Part shown: one piece after another, positions 62,611-64,000 of the stretch | Layout of the letters: every line of letters starts with the position of its first letter | How positions within the stretch are numbered: position 1 is the stretch's first letter | NCBI GenBank assembly: GCA_030264375.1 | Contig: JASCQW010000128.1 | Location: 15,598,211 to 15,662,210 of the forward strand | Origin: Carcharhinus longimanus | Lineage: Eukaryota | Length of the DNA: 64,000 nucleotides | Direction of reading: 5' to 3' | Position numbers and translations under genes: made by a program | The notes under the pieces: generated by a model | Seen by the model: the letters and a program-made list of their open reading frames with translations, nothing else | The model's database searches: none | Told to the model about the DNA's origin: nothing

Positions 62611-63559
62611 TGGAGCCATCATTACCTCTAATCTCCCACCATTACGCCCAATGCACTCACATTCACAGACCTCACACTGACAGTAAAGCAGATAGAATAG
62701 TTGAGGGGGCAACCGACCCAGGTAAGGTGAAGTGGGCATGCATGCATACCGAGCGTTTAATCCCCCAAAAGTGAGATAGGGTCAGGATCTCCACATCCCC
62801 TCCTGCTTCCAGATTTCACTGGGATGAAACTTAAGTAGGAACCCCATTCAATCTGTCCAAAAATCAATTAAGACACTTAAAAAGATAATTAAAATAAATG
62901 TTCAATGGCAAGTCTGGATTTCATAGTTGGGCAACTTGCCGAGTGCCACTGAAGCCAGTAGATAGCAGGAAGAGCTTCTTCAGTGAAACTGATAGGCAAG
63001 GAAGGCTTTAGTTAGTGAAAGCAAGATCTCCCACTATGGCCAGGCTGCTTTTCCATGCATTATTTTATCTCAGGAAGTGCTCCCACTGCTTGACAGCTGG
63101 TTGCCATCTTTTTGGAAGACACGTCAGCTATCTAGCATTTCACTCACCTTCAGCTGCATTTCCCTGCCACTCACCCTCACCACATTATGGAAGCAGCTCT
63201 GCAGCTCCATCTTCCAATGCTGCAGATGGTCAGGAGGAGAAGCAACACCACCACCAACAGCACACAAGGAGCAAGGCCAGACCTCCTTCTCCAGTGATTT
63301 GATAAGGTGTCTGTCACTCTTGGGCTAAAACTTGCCCCTCTCCCCGAAATGTCCATCACTCCCCAAGTTGTGCATTCTCTTCACCTGCTAGGAGTGAAAA
63401 CAGGTGTGAGTGCTTGTAAAGGCTTGTGAGGAGAGGATGGAACAACAATATTTATGAATCGTGACTGAGGCATGTGAGTGAGAGCAATTGGATGAGGTGA
63501 GAGTGTTGGCTGCTAAGATGGGAATGCGAGGTGCCTGCCTTGTGTGGAATGAATGGAGC

Positions 63560-63851
63560 TGCAAGAGACTGTTTCCTCGGGTGGATGTAGCTGTTACTAG
63601 GGGGCATAACTATAAGTTCATGATGGGAGATATAGGAGGGATGTCCGAGGTAGATTCTTTACTCAGAGAGTGGTTGGGGTGTGGAATAGACTGCCTGCTG
63701 TGATAGTGGGGTCGGACACTTTAGGAACTTTCAAGTGGATAGGCACATGGAGCACACCAGGATTATAGGGAATGGGATAGCTCGATCTTGGGTTTGGACA
63801 TAACTCGGCACAACATCGAGGGCCGAAGGGCCTGTACTGTTCTATGTTCTA
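63560..63851 (+). mobile_element. CR1 (HER1-like) 3' end in OLFML2B intron 2
   Basis: ACTAGGGGGCATAACTATAAG...CTCGGCACAACATCGAGGGCCGAAGGGCCTGTACTGTTCTATGTTCTA. Confidence 0.85.
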
Positions 63852-64000
63852 ACATTGAGTATGAGAACCGTGCGGTCCCCCCTGTGTCCAAAGTGTCAAT
63901 ATCTCTTTTGATTTTACCATTTGACATTGATGACAGTTCTATCAGTTTATAAATAATGAAGCATTTTCTCTAACTTGGTATGAAATATTCGGCGTGGATT

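Noticed and set aside
63015-63359. Overlapping short ORFs in OLFML2B intron 2
   Set aside because: Low-information peptides, probably from a decayed DNA-transposon fragment. They do not match the expected OLFML2B exon 3 (LSTIIDMLEG...).

Overview
This is repeat-rich vertebrate genomic DNA from a gapped draft assembly. It is almost certainly an elasmobranch (shark), based on HE1/V-SINE-type and Deu-domain SINEs, CR1-clade LINEs and Penelope-like termini. The only host coding sequence I can support is coding exons 1 and 2 of OLFML2B (olfactomedin-like 2B) on the + strand at 61187-61363 and 61992-62255. A GC/CpG-rich island at about 18.8-19.1 kb runs into an 834-nt N gap and probably marks the promoter or first exon of a divergent gene. 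NOS1AP is the synteny-based guess, but no exon of it is visible. The rest is intergenic or intronic DNA built from nested retroelements, decayed PIF/Harbinger transposons, a Gypsy integrase relic and probable solo LTRs. I do not see a supportable new multi-gene system. The most interesting signals are intact-looking minimal hammerhead ribozyme cores in Penelope-like termini, a locally templated inverted duplication inside a Penelope foldback, and several precisely reconstructable nested insertions. Repeat boundaries are estimated by eye, and family names come from recalled consensus motifs, not from a database search.
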